Origin: a virus
Taxonomy: Duplodnaviria > Caudoviricetes
IMG/VR virus record: IMGVR_UViG_3300036715_001099
Location: 1 to 53,657 of that record
Length of the DNA stretch: 53,657 nucleotides
Strand: one strand, 5' to 3'
Each line of letters begins with the position of its first letter. Within the stretch, counting starts at the first letter, position 1. This document shows, in pieces, positions 53,429 to 53,657 of this stretch. A program made the translations under genes and the position numbers. The notes beneath the pieces were generated by a model, which saw only the letters and a list, made by a program, of their open reading frames with translations, ran no database searches and had not been told where the DNA came from.

Positions 53429-53657
53429 AGCTGAAGACTGAGCAACCCACGCTGTTCCAGACGATGTATTCCGTGACAGAGCTCGCGATGCTTGCTGGGG
53501 TCTCGCGCTACCGCATGGGCCGATTCCTAGCTGCCAACGGCCTTCGCCCGTATCTCAGCGGAAAGGGCCGGCGAGTGGTGCTACTCGCGCAGATCAAGAA
53601 AGTCATGCCTGAACTGTGGGAGTCCATCGAGGAGCGCGCATTCCTGCGTAAAACAGT
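53425..53657 (+). CDS. HTH DNA-binding protein, runs off the window end
   Basis: GGAGG RBS, ATGA overlap; YSVTELAMLAGVSRYRMGRFL..NG. Confidence 0.65.
   Translation, partial: MKLKTEQPTLFQTMYSVTELAMLAGVSRYRMGRFLAANGLRPYLSGKGRRVVLLAQIKKVMPELWESIEERAFLRKT

Noticed and set aside
1-53657. Host assignment (Myxococcota-like) and physical genome ends
   Set aside because: High GC and the RHH/HTH styles are only suggestive; no terminal repeat is visible and the last ORF runs off the window, so neither can be supported from sequence alone

Overview
The window reads as a complete or near-complete, GC-rich, apparently lytic tailed dsDNA phage genome of siphovirus layout. I found no integrase, repressor, CRISPR array or reverse transcriptase. 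The + strand (about 0.2-24.9 kb) carries a GroES-like co-chaperonin, terminase, a portal-MuF fusion, HK97-type protease and capsid, neck genes, two paralogous tail tube genes, a tail assembly chaperone with a -1 frameshift, tape measure, tail tip and a lysis module with a GH19 endolysin. The - strand carries three blocks. (i) A 25-33 kb array of about 15-17 near-identical sigma70-like promoter cassettes driving small genes, six of which share one uncharacterised C-terminal domain (KR..ARF..Y....TV.E....GG..ADL.WD..[HK]G) on different N-termini. (ii) A replication module: SNF2 helicase, VRR-NUC, PD-(D/E)XK nuclease, PolA, putative SSB, ligase, primase-helicase. (iii) A thymidine hypermodification cluster (dCMP deaminase, 5hmdU DNA kinase, GT-A glycosyltransferase, dUMP hydroxymethylase, HD hydrolase, Nmad1-like) plus a separate TGT/DpdA-like gene. 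Other signals are a tRNA-like element lacking an anticodon arm, a structured non-coding segment in the head operon and an AT-rich candidate origin or divergent control region at 52.5-52.8 kb. All calls come from motif recognition by eye; no searches were run.
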